This document shows, in pieces, positions 1-8,760 of a stretch of 64,000 nucleotides of DNA. The notes beneath the pieces are model-generated. The model did no database searches and was not told where the DNA came from. It saw only the letters and a list, made by a program, of their open reading frames with translations. Origin of the DNA: a virus; IMG/VR virus record IMGVR_UViG_3300027901_000001. One strand, written 5' to 3'. A program made the translations under genes and the position numbers. Position 1 is the first letter of the stretch, and every line of letters begins with the position of its first letter.

Positions 1-189
1 GGCTACCTCATCAAAATTCATCTTCTCAATTTGTTCTAAAAACTCCTCTACTTTGCAGTGCTGCCACCAACTTTTTTCTTTCTTCCCATCAGGGCCTATT
101 CTAAAAGTCACAGCCCTTTGTTCGGGAACGAAAACCCTTCGACGAGGAACTTCCGCCTCACCATTTGGCTTTTGAGAATCACCCGTCAC
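1..189 (-). CDS. hypothetical protein, 3' end beyond window
   Basis: Not in ORF track; GTG at 189 overlaps the stop of 186..530; frame MTGDSQKPNGEAEVPRRRVF... stays open to base 1. Confidence 0.5.
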   Translation of the reverse strand, partial: MTGDSQKPNGEAEVPRRRVFVPEQRAVTFRIGPDGKKEKSWWQHCKVEEFLEQIEKMNFDEVA

Positions 190-530
190 TCTATCAGCTC
201 CAGATGAGAGTCCGCCTGGTGCAGCCTGGAGCCGCACTTCGTACAGAAAACCACGGCCGACCCCTGCTGCCAGTCCTCCCGGTCCACCTCTGCCTCGCCC
301 TCAGCACAGCACTCGTCCGGCTCATACCGATCGACGCCCTGCCACTTCGCCGGACCGACGTACATGCCGCAATACCACTTGACCCGGACAGTCTCACACG
401 GTCGCTCCACGATCCCATCCGGAGGATGATGCACCGGACACCTGTGGTTATCCCCAGCAATCGCACCGTCCGCCGTCATCAGACACATGCAACCAGAGGG
501 CGGTTGTTGAAAACGCGGAGCATTACCCAT
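186..530 (-). CDS. Cys-rich hypothetical protein
   Basis: ATG at 530 overlaps the end of the upstream gene (stop 523-525); C-terminal CTKC motif. Confidence 0.6.
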   Translation of the reverse strand: MGNAPRFQQPPSGCMCLMTADGAIAGDNHRCPVHHPPDGIVERPCETVRVKWYCGMYVGPAKWQGVDRYEPDECCAEGEAEVDREDWQQGSAVVFCTKCGSRLHQADSHLELIE

Positions 531-726
531 TGGATTGTGCCTCCAGGTAGCACTCCCAGCAGCGCATCCGATACCGCGCATATTGGCCTCCCTTGCGCCG
601 CACCTCATGGCCGCATTCAAGCGTAAAAATCACCGAATGAGTCCCCCTCGGATGATTCTTGGTGCGGTACCGCCGCCGCCGGATAATCTCCCTGAGCGGG
701 CGCTTGTCTCCCTTGACACCGCTCAT
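523..726 (-). CDS. small zinc-finger-like protein
   Basis: ATGA overlap with upstream stop; LECGH...CWEC. Confidence 0.65.
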   Translation of the reverse strand: MSGVKGDKRPLREIIRRRRYRTKNHPRGTHSVIFTLECGHEVRRKGGQYARYRMRCWECYLEAQSNG

Positions 727-968
727 GCCTGGTCCTTCTTTTCCTGAAGGTCCTCTCCGCATTCCACGCAAAGAAGCGCATGGCGTTGGAACACCTGCTT
801 CCCTTCCTCGTTGACACGCCGCCCAGCCCGCATCGTTTTGCCGCCTCTGGGGATGAACTCTTCACAGCCGTCGCAGATCAAATCCGTCCGCGCCTGACGC
901 CATTGAATCGTAATGTCGGCAACGTGTTCTTTGAGCCACGCCAGGCTCACCTTTGCCTTTTCAACCAT
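723..968 (-). CDS. small zinc-finger-like protein
   Basis: CDGC...CVEC pairs; fits gene packing. Confidence 0.65.
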   Translation of the reverse strand: MVEKAKVSLAWLKEHVADITIQWRQARTDLICDGCEEFIPRGGKTMRAGRRVNEEGKQVFQRHALLCVECGEDLQEKKDQA

Positions 969-983
969 CCGCCAATTCCTCGG

Positions 984-1529
984 TCATAGTGCTCCGAACG
1001 GCTTGGACTTCTCGAACACTTCCTGCTGGGTTTCCCTGTACCAATCGGGGTACTTCTTCAGCATCCGTTCGCAGAAGGCCATGTCCTCAGACCGATACTC
1101 TGTCCCGCGCTTGCTCTCGATCCGCAGCCGCAAACACCTCTCGGCATCCGGCAACGGGGGGCGCGGGTACGCCAGCAGCTTCCAGTGTGGAAACGGCCGC
1201 TCCTCGCTCCGGTCCCACCACCGATACCGGCACCCCTGGAAGCCCCGGATCCGCTGGTCGATGGTCACGGCCACCGCCCCGCCCCGACGCACCAGGACGT
1301 ACCCACGTATATGGGGATTCTGCCGGATGCAGACCAGCGGCGCGTACCCGATAAGGTGACCATCGTAGACCACGTACACCCGGTCGCCCGCGTCGAGATT
1401 CCTGGGCGGCCGACCGCCCATGTACCAGCCCCACTCGGTACCGGAGTAGGGCGCGCCTGCCGGGTCGCCTTCCGCGATCCAGGCCGCGAGCCCGAAACTC
1501 TTGGGTAGCGTGACTACGACATCAGCCAT
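984..1529 (-). CDS. PUA/ASCH-like domain protein
   Basis: GDRVYVVYDGHLIGYA beta motif typical of PUA/ASCH/EVE folds; family call tentative. Confidence 0.5.
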   Translation of the reverse strand: MADVVVTLPKSFGLAAWIAEGDPAGAPYSGTEWGWYMGGRPPRNLDAGDRVYVVYDGHLIGYAPLVCIRQNPHIRGYVLVRRGGAVAVTIDQRIRGFQGCRYRWWDRSEERPFPHWKLLAYPRPPLPDAERCLRLRIESKRGTEYRSEDMAFCERMLKKYPDWYRETQQEVFEKSKPFGAL

Positions 1530-1809
1530 CCGGCTCCCCCTCTCTACCTTCCAACCTCTTCAGTTCTTCCTTGTCGGCCGCCAACAACTTCTGGTGCGAC
1601 TCCTTCAGCTTCTTGTAGTGCTCCAGGCGCTCGGGGTCGCGCCAGATTTCCTCGATGGCGTTCGCCACCTGCGGGACCCGACCGAAGCCGTGCATCTCGC
1701 ACAACCCCAACAGTTCCCGGATCATCTTCTTGTCGTGCTCCTCCCCCCGACTTCCCGGCGGGTACAGAACCAGGGCGTCGTAGAGGTCGGTGATTCGCGG
1801 TCTCTCCAT
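1522..1809 (-). CDS. hypothetical protein
   Basis: ORF track; ATG 6 nt downstream of a predicted -10 box. Confidence 0.7.
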   Translation of the reverse strand: MERPRITDLYDALVLYPPGSRGEEHDKKMIRELLGLCEMHGFGRVPQVANAIEEIWRDPERLEHYKKLKESHQKLLAADKEELKRLEGREGEPDG

Positions 1810-1815
1810 CTGGTC

Positions 1816-1844
1816 AAAGTAATATGGTCAGGAAAGTTTGTCAA
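1816..1844 (-). promoter_or_regulatory. sigma70-like promoter, leaderless
   Basis: TTGACA (1844-1839), 17 nt spacer, TACTTT (1821-1816), ATG at 1809. Confidence 0.6.
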
Positions 1845-2481
1845 TCAGCCTAAATTCGAGCACCCAAACCCAGAGATTCGACTCCCAGGGGAAGCCGCGC
1901 CGCTCGTTCAGCAGGTCCCAGGTCATCGCATAGGCCCCAACCACATCGCCCTCCACGGCCTTATCCGCAACGCCTTCCGCGATGGCGTCCGCCTCGGAGA
2001 TGGCCTGGAGCCGCTCAACCCGGATGCCGGTCAGCTCCAGCGTCATCCGGCTGGCCCACCGGGGCATGAAACGCGGAGATTTCCACGGGCCGCGATGCCC
2101 GCTCTTGAACCACGGCTCATTTATCGGCTGCCCGTTGTGCTCATGGCGACACATCAAATCGGCCTTGTAGTGCGCCCACCGAAACGGGTTTTTCTTGTCC
2201 CAGTCCGAATACCAGGTCTCGCGTACCCAGATGCGGTCGCCCGGCTGGTAAGGACAGAACTGCGCCATCGGCACCGTCACGTCCCGGATGCCATCGGCCC
2301 ACGAAGCCTTTAAGCGTCTCCAGGAGCCGTCCGGGAGCTTCTCCGTGATAAAGGGCCATTCCCAGGTCCGGCCCTCCACCAGGACCGGCTGAGCGCTTAT
2401 CACACGCCGGGTCTGGGTCTTGGCCCCGGACAGAAGACCGGGAATCGACTCCCCGGTGAAGATGAGACCGCGCTCCTTCAC
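1828..2481 (-). CDS. ASCH-domain phage protein
   Basis: MKERGLIFTGESIPGLLSGAKTQTRR, GDRIWVRE and WKSPRFMPRWASR motifs of the phage ASCH family. Confidence 0.75.
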   Translation of the reverse strand: MKERGLIFTGESIPGLLSGAKTQTRRVISAQPVLVEGRTWEWPFITEKLPDGSWRRLKASWADGIRDVTVPMAQFCPYQPGDRIWVRETWYSDWDKKNPFRWAHYKADLMCRHEHNGQPINEPWFKSGHRGPWKSPRFMPRWASRMTLELTGIRVERLQAISEADAIAEGVADKAVEGDVVGAYAMTWDLLNERRGFPWESNLWVWVLEFRLIDKLS

Positions 2482-2894
2482 CTGTCCCCTTCATCCTGCC
2501 GCTCAGCAGCCACCAGTTCATCGAGTTTGTCATCCCCTTGCAAGGCAGTCGACTGCCCCTGCTCGAAATCCACCTGGTCGGCCTCCAGGGCGAATGTCAG
2601 CTCCCGGACCCGGCCCTCCAGGACCTTGATATAGTCGGCGGCGATGTGGCCGTGGGGGTCCTCCGATACATCGTAATCGGCCTTCAGGTCGCGCAGCTCC
2701 TGGTCGGTAGGAAACGGCATCGCGCCCCGGACCGCCGCGTCCCATATCTTGACCGGTACGTGGAACGTGTAAAAGCGAGCACAGCCGGACCGATGCTCCG
2801 CCACTCGCAATAGCCCGGTATTGGGTTCCTCCAAAACAAAAATGACCTCGTATTGCCTGTCGCCGATTCTCAGCTTGTCACCCAACGTGGCCAT
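2478..2894 (-). CDS. hypothetical protein, paralogue of 2894..3382
   Basis: Shares VPVxxWDAAVxGAxPFP and LEGRVRELxF with its neighbour. Confidence 0.75.
   Translation of the reverse strand: MATLGDKLRIGDRQYEVIFVLEEPNTGLLRVAEHRSGCARFYTFHVPVKIWDAAVRGAMPFPTDQELRDLKADYDVSEDPHGHIAADYIKVLEGRVRELTFALEADQVDFEQGQSTALQGDDKLDELVAAERQDEGDR
2543..2558. repeat. dispersed palindrome copy 1
   Basis: A-GGCAGTCGACTGCC-C; core 2544-2557; in the GQSTAL codons. Confidence 0.95.
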
Positions 2895-3382
2895 TACTTC
2901 TCCAACTCTTTCAATATTCGTTCCTGGGCCTCCCGAACAGCCGTGGCCGCTTCCGTTTCCGTCAGCTTCAACGCTGCTATCTCCTTTACCGCGTCCAATG
3001 AACGAGAGACGTGTTTCTCCAGCGCCTTCTGAAAAGCCCCGGCCCTGAATGCCAGCTCGCGTACCCGGCCTTCCAGCGCCTGAACATACTTTTCCGAGTC
3101 TTCCCGTGCGAACGAGAGATTGTCGCTGGAATTCCAGGTGTGAGCCTCAAACTCGCCCTTCAGCTTCGCCAGCTTCTCAATCGAAATTTCGGCAGGAAAA
3201 GGAGCCGCTCCCTGGACCGCTGCGTCCCACAGCTCGACCGGTACCAGGAATTGATGGTCCTCGGGAGTCTTCACCGTGACGAACCGGTCCTCCCCGGTAT
3301 CGAAATCACCAAGGGAGACCACCTCGAACCGCCTGCCGTTGATCGTTACACTGTCCCCTCGTTTGACCATCGCCCACCTCAA
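2894..3382 (-). CDS. hypothetical protein, paralogue of 2478..2894
   Basis: As above, with a coiled-coil C-terminal extension. Confidence 0.75.
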   Translation of the reverse strand: MRWAMVKRGDSVTINGRRFEVVSLGDFDTGEDRFVTVKTPEDHQFLVPVELWDAAVQGAAPFPAEISIEKLAKLKGEFEAHTWNSSDNLSFAREDSEKYVQALEGRVRELAFRAGAFQKALEKHVSRSLDAVKEIAALKLTETEAATAVREAQERILKELEK

Positions 3383-3609
3383 TCCGGCAACTTAGAGCCG
3401 TGTTCTTTCTGCCATCGCCACATTGCGCTAGCCAACAAGCGCGCCTCCCGTACCTTGTCAGGGTCCACGCCCTCTATCTCGGCATAAGCGGCCCACACCT
3501 GAACGGCCATCGGAGCCAGCTTGTCCCGCGCCCGCAGCACAAATACGGGCTCGTCATCGGCCACCTTGGACAGACAGCCGCCCTTCAGTTCCTCAGCTCT
3601 CGTACCCAT
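3379..3609 (-). CDS. conserved phage hypothetical (DEPVFVLRARD motif)
   Basis: DEPxFVLxARD motif recalled from small phage proteins. Confidence 0.7.
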   Translation of the reverse strand: MGTRAEELKGGCLSKVADDEPVFVLRARDKLAPMAVQVWAAYAEIEGVDPDKVREARLLASAMWRWQKEHGSKLPD

Positions 3610-3775
3610 AGTCCCTTTCCTGTCTCCTTTCCGCCTTCTCTATCTGCTTCTCCCAGCTCTTGACGGCCTCCTTCGCCACATCACTGCGGCCCGCGTGGTA
3701 GCCCATACGGTAGGCCAGGACCGGAATCGCAGCCCCAATTACAACCAGGGCCGCCGTGACCAAATAGGTGATCAT
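3593..3775 (-). CDS. small membrane protein
   Basis: ATGA overlap at 3772-3775; N-terminal hydrophobic helix. Confidence 0.6.
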   Translation of the reverse strand: MITYLVTAALVVIGAAIPVLAYRMGYHAGRSDVAKEAVKSWEKQIEKAERRQERDYGYES

Positions 3776-4239
3776 GGGTTGTCCCTCATCCACTTCGTGG
3801 CCTTGATCGCGTTCTCGGCAGCGCGAAGATTGCGGCGCTCCCTGCGACGGGCGGTGTCGGCCTTCACCGCCTCCCCGTACTCGCGCAGCTCACGCTCTTC
3901 CGGCGTCTCGGCCAGCTCCTCGACGGCACGGCGCGCCTTACCGATCTCGTCCATCGCGTCCTCGACCCGATTGTAGGATTTCTCCAAATGGTTGTGGACG
4001 CCGTACAGGTAAATCTCCAGGCGGTGAAGCTCGTCCGGACTGCAAGGGGTCAGCTCCGGCTTCGGGCATGAGCACTCCCCAACCATCTCTTCAAGGGTGT
4101 CGGCGCGGGCATCGTACCGCTCCCTCTCGATCGTTCGGTCCATGTACCTCTGCGCCAAAACCCAGAAAGTGAAGGCTGCCCCCGCGCTGGTAACCGCAAC
4201 CACCATCCAAAAAACGAATTTTGGGAGCTTGTTGTTCAT
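3772..4239 (-). CDS. membrane-anchored coiled-coil protein
   Basis: FVFWMVVAVTSAGAAFTFWVLA transmembrane (TM) segment, charged helical remainder. Confidence 0.7.
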   Translation of the reverse strand: MNNKLPKFVFWMVVAVTSAGAAFTFWVLAQRYMDRTIERERYDARADTLEEMVGECSCPKPELTPCSPDELHRLEIYLYGVHNHLEKSYNRVEDAMDEIGKARRAVEELAETPEERELREYGEAVKADTARRRERRNLRAAENAIKATKWMRDNP

Positions 4240-4245
4240 GGCCGC

Positions 4246-4326
4246 CTACTCCAACACGAGAACTCCGACTGTGCAGCAGACAAGCGTGAACACCATCGAA
4301 AAAACGACCTTTGCGTGCCTACTCAT
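4246..4326 (-). CDS. 26-aa hydrophobic peptide
   Basis: MSRHAKVVFSMVFTLVCCTVGVLVLE fills the gap between genes; not in ORF track. Confidence 0.35.
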   Translation of the reverse strand: MSRHAKVVFSMVFTLVCCTVGVLVLE

Positions 4327-5089
4327 CGCCGTCGCCCTCTTTCGGCCCAGAGGCGTTACTTCCGGCGATACGCTCCAGGAAATTCTCCGAATCGGCCCTA
4401 TTCACCATACCCAACCGGTGTAACATTTTTTCTCCGTCGCCCTTGTTCAGAACCAGCTCGCCCGCCAGACCGCCTCGGTTCCATATTCTTACCTTGTCAT
4501 GCACCCCTTCGGTCCTGAGCCGAGCACTGGTAAAAACCGGATGGTCAACGCCCACGAACTCCTGCTCCACCGGCTCTATCCTGGCCCCCAGCGCCGCCAA
4601 CATCTTGTCGGCCTGCATCAAATATCCCACCTGCTGCACCCGAAGTAAGTCGGCAAATCCCACAAGCATCAGCGCCTTCCATCCGTTGATGGCCAGCTCT
4701 TCCCTGCGAAGGGCATCCAGCAACTTTTGCGTCCACGGATCGCTCTGATCACGAGCGTTCAGGGAAGACAGGTGATTCGCCGCCAATTTCTCCAGACCGG
4801 GCATCACGTCGTTCTTCATCTGGTAACTCCAGATGTCGTGGGCCACAGCCGCCAATGGTGCACGGAATCCTTCAAAGGCGGTCAGAACCAAGCCCACGAT
4901 ACGCTCCGCGCAATCAGGACAGACATAAACGCCGCCCTCATCCTCGCCTATATCCCGGTCTTTCGGGTTCGGCGCGATGTCAAGCACCACCGGGGAATGG
5001 GACTTACCGCAAAGGCTACAACGCCCGCTAGCCCATTGAACCCCCGGCGGTGGGCTTGCCGTTTTCGGTACCAGCATCACCTTCTTCAT
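4319..5089 (-). CDS. zinc-finger-containing hypothetical protein
   Basis: CSLC...CPDC pairs. Confidence 0.7.
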   Translation of the reverse strand: MKKVMLVPKTASPPPGVQWASGRCSLCGKSHSPVVLDIAPNPKDRDIGEDEGGVYVCPDCAERIVGLVLTAFEGFRAPLAAVAHDIWSYQMKNDVMPGLEKLAANHLSSLNARDQSDPWTQKLLDALRREELAINGWKALMLVGFADLLRVQQVGYLMQADKMLAALGARIEPVEQEFVGVDHPVFTSARLRTEGVHDKVRIWNRGGLAGELVLNKGDGEKMLHRLGMVNRADSENFLERIAGSNASGPKEGDGDE

Positions 5090-5255
5090 GCTCCTTCTCC
5101 TTCAAGAAATCGCCGCCTACTTTAGCGATAAAATCATGGACCGCCTGCCGAATGAGCACGGCCACAGGAATCCTGGTGCGCTTGCTCAACTCTCTGAGCT
5201 TTTCGACCTGCTCCGGCTCGAAATGGCAGGTGTATATCTTCTTCTTACGTCCCAT
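5028..5255 (-). CDS. ribbon-helix-helix DNA-binding protein
   Basis: IYTCHFEPEQVEKLRELSKRTRIPVAVLIRQAVHDFI matches the RHH pattern. Confidence 0.75.
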   Translation of the reverse strand: MGRKKKIYTCHFEPEQVEKLRELSKRTRIPVAVLIRQAVHDFIAKVGGDFLKEKEHEEGDAGTENGKPTAGGSMG

Positions 5256-5664
5256 TCTCCGGGTCTCTCGCCTCCTCCATACCGCCGACAGCATCGGACA
5301 GGTCGTTCATGTACTTCGCAATCTCGGCCATGCGCCGGGGCAAATTCTCGGTGGAAGTAGATTCAAGGCTCTGGATAGCTTCCCACAAACTGGCTATCGC
5401 ATACTCGGCCGCCTCGGGATCGACCCGCGCCGCCAGCTCCTCGATGGTCGGCTTCTCTTCTGGCTCGCGCACCAGCCTCAGCGCGGTCAGCTTCTTGATG
5501 TCCGGGATGAGGTGCTCGGAATAGGTCAGCCGCCACTGTCCCGGCCCCATCTCCTCCAGATAGATGCGACCCATCCCTTCCGTGATCTTGTACTTGACCC
5601 CGGTGACTTTCCTCAACTCCAGAATAGGAAGCCCAGTGCCCTCCAGCTCGATTCCCTTCAGCAT
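5245..5664 (-). CDS. hypothetical protein
   Basis: ORF track; GGAG ribosome site upstream. Confidence 0.65.
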   Translation of the reverse strand: MLKGIELEGTGLPILELRKVTGVKYKITEGMGRIYLEEMGPGQWRLTYSEHLIPDIKKLTALRLVREPEEKPTIEELAARVDPEAAEYAIASLWEAIQSLESTSTENLPRRMAEIAKYMNDLSDAVGGMEEARDPENGT

Positions 5665-5667
5665 CCT

Positions 5668-5931
5668 TTACTCCTTCAACCGGACCAGAACCTCATGCTT
5701 TTTCAGCGGACAGTCCCTCAGCACCTCCTCCTTCGTCATATCCGTCATGTAGGTTGGGCAAACAGGACCGGGATATTCCCCGCCCGATCCCCACCCGAGA
5801 CAAATCCGCTCGCCCTCATCGAACCGAAAAAAAGGACAGTTGCAAAAGACAACATCCTCGTCATCTTCATCGTGATCCGACCCGCACTGGGCCTCCAGAA
5901 TCTTTGCCGTTCCGCTTCTCAGAACTCCCAT
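5668..5931 (-). CDS. Cys-rich hypothetical protein
   Basis: ATG at 5931 overlaps the upstream stop; CNCPFF, CP motifs. Confidence 0.6.
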   Translation of the reverse strand: MGVLRSGTAKILEAQCGSDHDEDDEDVVFCNCPFFRFDEGERICLGWGSGGEYPGPVCPTYMTDMTKEEVLRDCPLKKHEVLVRLKE

Positions 5932-6497
5932 TATCGACCTCCAAGGGTTGCGGTTTCCAGGGACGGCGTGAGCAGATCGCCGCCAACGCCGTACTCCGGA
6001 TTGTCCCACTTGAACAGCAAGGCACTCCCCTCACCCAGTACCCGAAACCCTGGCATGTGGTCACCATCCACGGTCACCATGTCCATCTGGTAGTACCGGT
6101 ACCAGAGGTTCCTGATGATCCGCTCCACGTCCTCGCACACCTGCTCGGTCAGCGGCTTACCACGGTACCGGCGCGTCTCCTGATCGATGAATTCGTCGAA
6201 CGCCTCCATCTTCTCCAGGTCGTCACGGAAAGCACGTCGCACCGCCAGCGGATAGGCCACGTTCTTGGGAACGATGCCTCGAAGGATAGCCCGTTTCAAA
6301 GCCTCCTTCAGCGGTTCGAGATTACCCACCAAGGGAAGGCCAGACGTGTAATCTCCCGGCCGGTCGCCATACCGAACGATCACTGTCTTCTCTCCCTTCG
6401 AGTCCCAGTGGACATAGAGATCCTCGCCTTTATATGTCCCCAAAAAATGGCATTTCAGGCAATTATCATGCCGATATTTCGGTTTCTCTTCAGGCAT
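5931..6497 (-). CDS. hypothetical protein
   Basis: ORF track; HDNCLKCHFLG motif. Confidence 0.7.
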   Translation of the reverse strand: MPEEKPKYRHDNCLKCHFLGTYKGEDLYVHWDSKGEKTVIVRYGDRPGDYTSGLPLVGNLEPLKEALKRAILRGIVPKNVAYPLAVRRAFRDDLEKMEAFDEFIDQETRRYRGKPLTEQVCEDVERIIRNLWYRYYQMDMVTVDGDHMPGFRVLGEGSALLFKWDNPEYGVGGDLLTPSLETATLGGR

Positions 6498-6777
6498 CGG
6501 CCGCGCCTTTCTTAAACAACTCGACCGCTCTCTCGACCCCTATACCCTCTTCATCCAGGTACCAATCACCACCCCACGCTCCGGCGTTTTTCCTCCTGCC
6601 CACCTCGAACTCCTCCCCCACTTCAGAGTCCTTAACTATCGGGCTCGGCAGGACCATCCGTACACACCGAAGGCGCAGCTTCGTCCACTTCTCGTCCGAA
6701 AGGTCCTCCACCACCTCCACAGCGATAATGCCACCCTCCTCATGGTAGAGACCCACCCTCTTTCCGTTGATGATCAC
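6490..6777 (-). CDS. hypothetical protein
   Basis: ORF track; AAGGAGG ribosome site upstream. Confidence 0.7.
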   Translation of the reverse strand: MIINGKRVGLYHEEGGIIAVEVVEDLSDEKWTKLRLRCVRMVLPSPIVKDSEVGEEFEVGRRKNAGAWGGDWYLDEEGIGVERAVELFKKGAADA

Positions 6778-6791
6778 CTAACCCTCCTTTC

Positions 6792-6834
6792 AAAAATCCC
6801 CGCCGCTTCATAGCCTCCCGGCTCCACGGCGGGG
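6792..6834 (-). terminator. GC hairpin with U-tract containing a kink-turn motif
   Basis: CCCCGCCG-UGGA-GCC-GGGA-GGC-UAUGAAG-CGGCGGGG followed by AUUUUU. Confidence 0.55.
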
Positions 6835-7001
6835 GACACTCCTCATTCAACACTTCATCTCAAATAAACGAATCCGGCCTGTGCCGGTGTCCTTAAACCA
6901 TATTCGCCTCCATTATTTGAGGTTTGCACCGTTCTATTATCCGCATCGTGCACGTAACAAGGCTGCATCTCCGGGTCGTGATCCGGCTCCCAGCATAAAC
7001 C

Positions 7002-7029
7002 ATCCTATACCTTGAAAAAAGATTGTCAA
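7002..7029 (-). promoter_or_regulatory. sigma70-like promoter with TTGA-N10-TCAA inverted repeat
   Basis: TTGACA (7029-7024), 16 nt spacer, TAGGAT (7007-7002). Confidence 0.6.
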
Positions 7030-7328
7030 GAAGACCACCACCAGGCGATGCACGCCGCGCTAATGATTACCGCGACCCACTTGGCCACTATCGCCCGCTT
7101 CACTATCCGGTCAACCTTGAGCATCGCCTCGGTGAAGCCAATCTCATGGCCCGCCTCGAATGCCACGTCCGCTATCGGCTTGAGCGCGTAATCGACAATA
7201 GCATCATCATCGAGGTTAGTATTGCGCCGCAGCCAGCACATAACCCGGCGTTTTTCGAGCATCAATAGCCCAGCCTGGCGCTCATTCACTTCCTTCAGAT
7301 TCCACACCTCTGCCACTACTGATTTCAC
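7026..7328 (-). CDS. hypothetical protein with C-terminal TM helix
   Basis: ORF track; WVAVIISAACIAWWW. Confidence 0.6.
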   Translation of the reverse strand: MKSVVAEVWNLKEVNERQAGLLMLEKRRVMCWLRRNTNLDDDAIVDYALKPIADVAFEAGHEIGFTEAMLKVDRIVKRAIVAKWVAVIISAACIAWWWSS

Positions 7329-7656
7329 CGGTCTTTCCTTTCGCGCAAGCCCTCTCTACCTCTTCCTTCACCTTCTTCTCGATCACGGCAAGGACCGCTT
7401 CCTTATGCTTCTCACAAATGAAAACCGACGGCTCCCACATACTGTGCTCCATTAGCGCCCAGCCCGCATCGTTCACCCATTGGCACTGTTTCAAATCGAT
7501 CCTGGGAGTCGGACTGGTACCGGGAAAGGGCTCAACAGCGCCGCCCATCTCCACCTGAAATACCGCCGTGATCTGGATGGTCTCGGAGCACTCCTCCTCC
7601 AGCTCCAGGAACCGCTTGGCCTCGCAGTGCACCGTGATCTCAGACGAGTATCTCAT
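7282..7656 (-). CDS. hypothetical protein
   Basis: ATG at 7656 overlaps the upstream stop. Confidence 0.6.
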   Translation of the reverse strand: MRYSSEITVHCEAKRFLELEEECSETIQITAVFQVEMGGAVEPFPGTSPTPRIDLKQCQWVNDAGWALMEHSMWEPSVFICEKHKEAVLAVIEKKVKEEVERACAKGKTGEISSGRGVESEGSE

Positions 7657-7946
7657 CAGCTTTTCCCGTCTATCTTGGCGAGCCCGGCCTCCTTGTGCTT
7701 CGGACAAAAGAAGCAGGGCGCACCCCCCGGCCTCCTTTTGGTCATGGCCCAGTCGACACCAGCGGCGGTGGTGAGCACCAGGTTGGCGACCTTCGGCGGC
7801 GCGAAACCACCGACCAGGGCCGTGCTCCCACCGGTGCCCACCATCCCCACGTGGTGGAGCACGTCGGCCTTAGTGATCTCATCACACTTGACACCCAGGA
7901 CCTCCTGGGCTTCGCACTGCACCCTCACCTGCATCCAGTACTTCAT
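7656..7946 (-). CDS. hypothetical protein
   Basis: ORF track; ATGA coupling. Confidence 0.65.
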   Translation of the reverse strand: MKYWMQVRVQCEAQEVLGVKCDEITKADVLHHVGMVGTGGSTALVGGFAPPKVANLVLTTAAGVDWAMTKRRPGGAPCFFCPKHKEAGLAKIDGKS

Positions 7947-8497
7947 CGGCGTTTCCCTGGTTTTTTCTTCTTGGAAGTCTTTTTGGACGCGGTACCGGGC
8001 TTCTCCGGCTTACCGTTCGTCGGTGACGGTTTTCGATCCGGGCGCTCCCGGTCCTTGCGTTTACCGCACTGCTTTTCCAACCGCTCCAGGATATCCACAC
8101 GGTTGCGCCGCCAGAACGCCGTGTTGTTCACCCAGAAGTAAATCTCCGGGTACCGATACCGGATGGCTTCACAGTTCTGGCACAGCGGCGGCTCACGCTC
8201 GATCCCCTCCCTTTCGAGCACCACCTTGCTGAACTTCTCGCTGGGCGGTAGAGGGTCGGTCCCGCGCCATATCGGTGCGCCACAGGCTGTACAAACCACT
8301 ATGCGGACCGCACACGCCCCCTTGACGCCCTGGGGCCGGGGAGCTTCCTTCAGCGCCCGCTGCTGAAGAGACATGATGAACCGCTGCTCCCGGTCCATCT
8401 CCACCACGTCGGCCCCACACTGCTCGCACATCGACCCTTCGGCATTCTCCTGATCCCTGACAATGTGCATCAGGTTTTTGGAACACACGAATCTCAT
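7943..8497 (-). CDS. zinc-finger protein with Lys-rich tail
   Basis: CEQC, CTAC, CQNC motifs; ATGA coupling at 8494-8497. Confidence 0.65.
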   Translation of the reverse strand: MRFVCSKNLMHIVRDQENAEGSMCEQCGADVVEMDREQRFIMSLQQRALKEAPRPQGVKGACAVRIVVCTACGAPIWRGTDPLPPSEKFSKVVLEREGIEREPPLCQNCEAIRYRYPEIYFWVNNTAFWRRNRVDILERLEKQCGKRKDRERPDRKPSPTNGKPEKPGTASKKTSKKKKPGKRR

Positions 8498-8760
8498 AAC
8501 AAAGCCTCCCATATCTGGCTGAGTATGTAGCCCAGCGTCGCTGCCGTTAGTACCACGATGAGGTTCACCATCATCATCAGCCGGTTGAGTTTTTTCGCCA
8601 CGACACCGTGGACCGGACAATGTGGATCCTCCGTGTATACCTCCACCATGCCGTCAATCCCTACCACACGGCCGTCTACATCCGGATAGCGAACAGTGTG
8701 CCCGGACCGGACCAGCTTCAGGCAGGTACACCCCTGCTCCCTGGTCTTCTCCGGCATCAA
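8494..8760 (-). CDS. small protein with C-terminal TM helix
   Basis: CTC...HCPVH motif, hydrophobic C-terminus. Confidence 0.6.
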   Translation of the reverse strand: MMPEKTREQGCTCLKLVRSGHTVRYPDVDGRVVGIDGMVEVYTEDPHCPVHGVVAKKLNRLMMMVNLIVVLTAATLGYILSQIWEALL

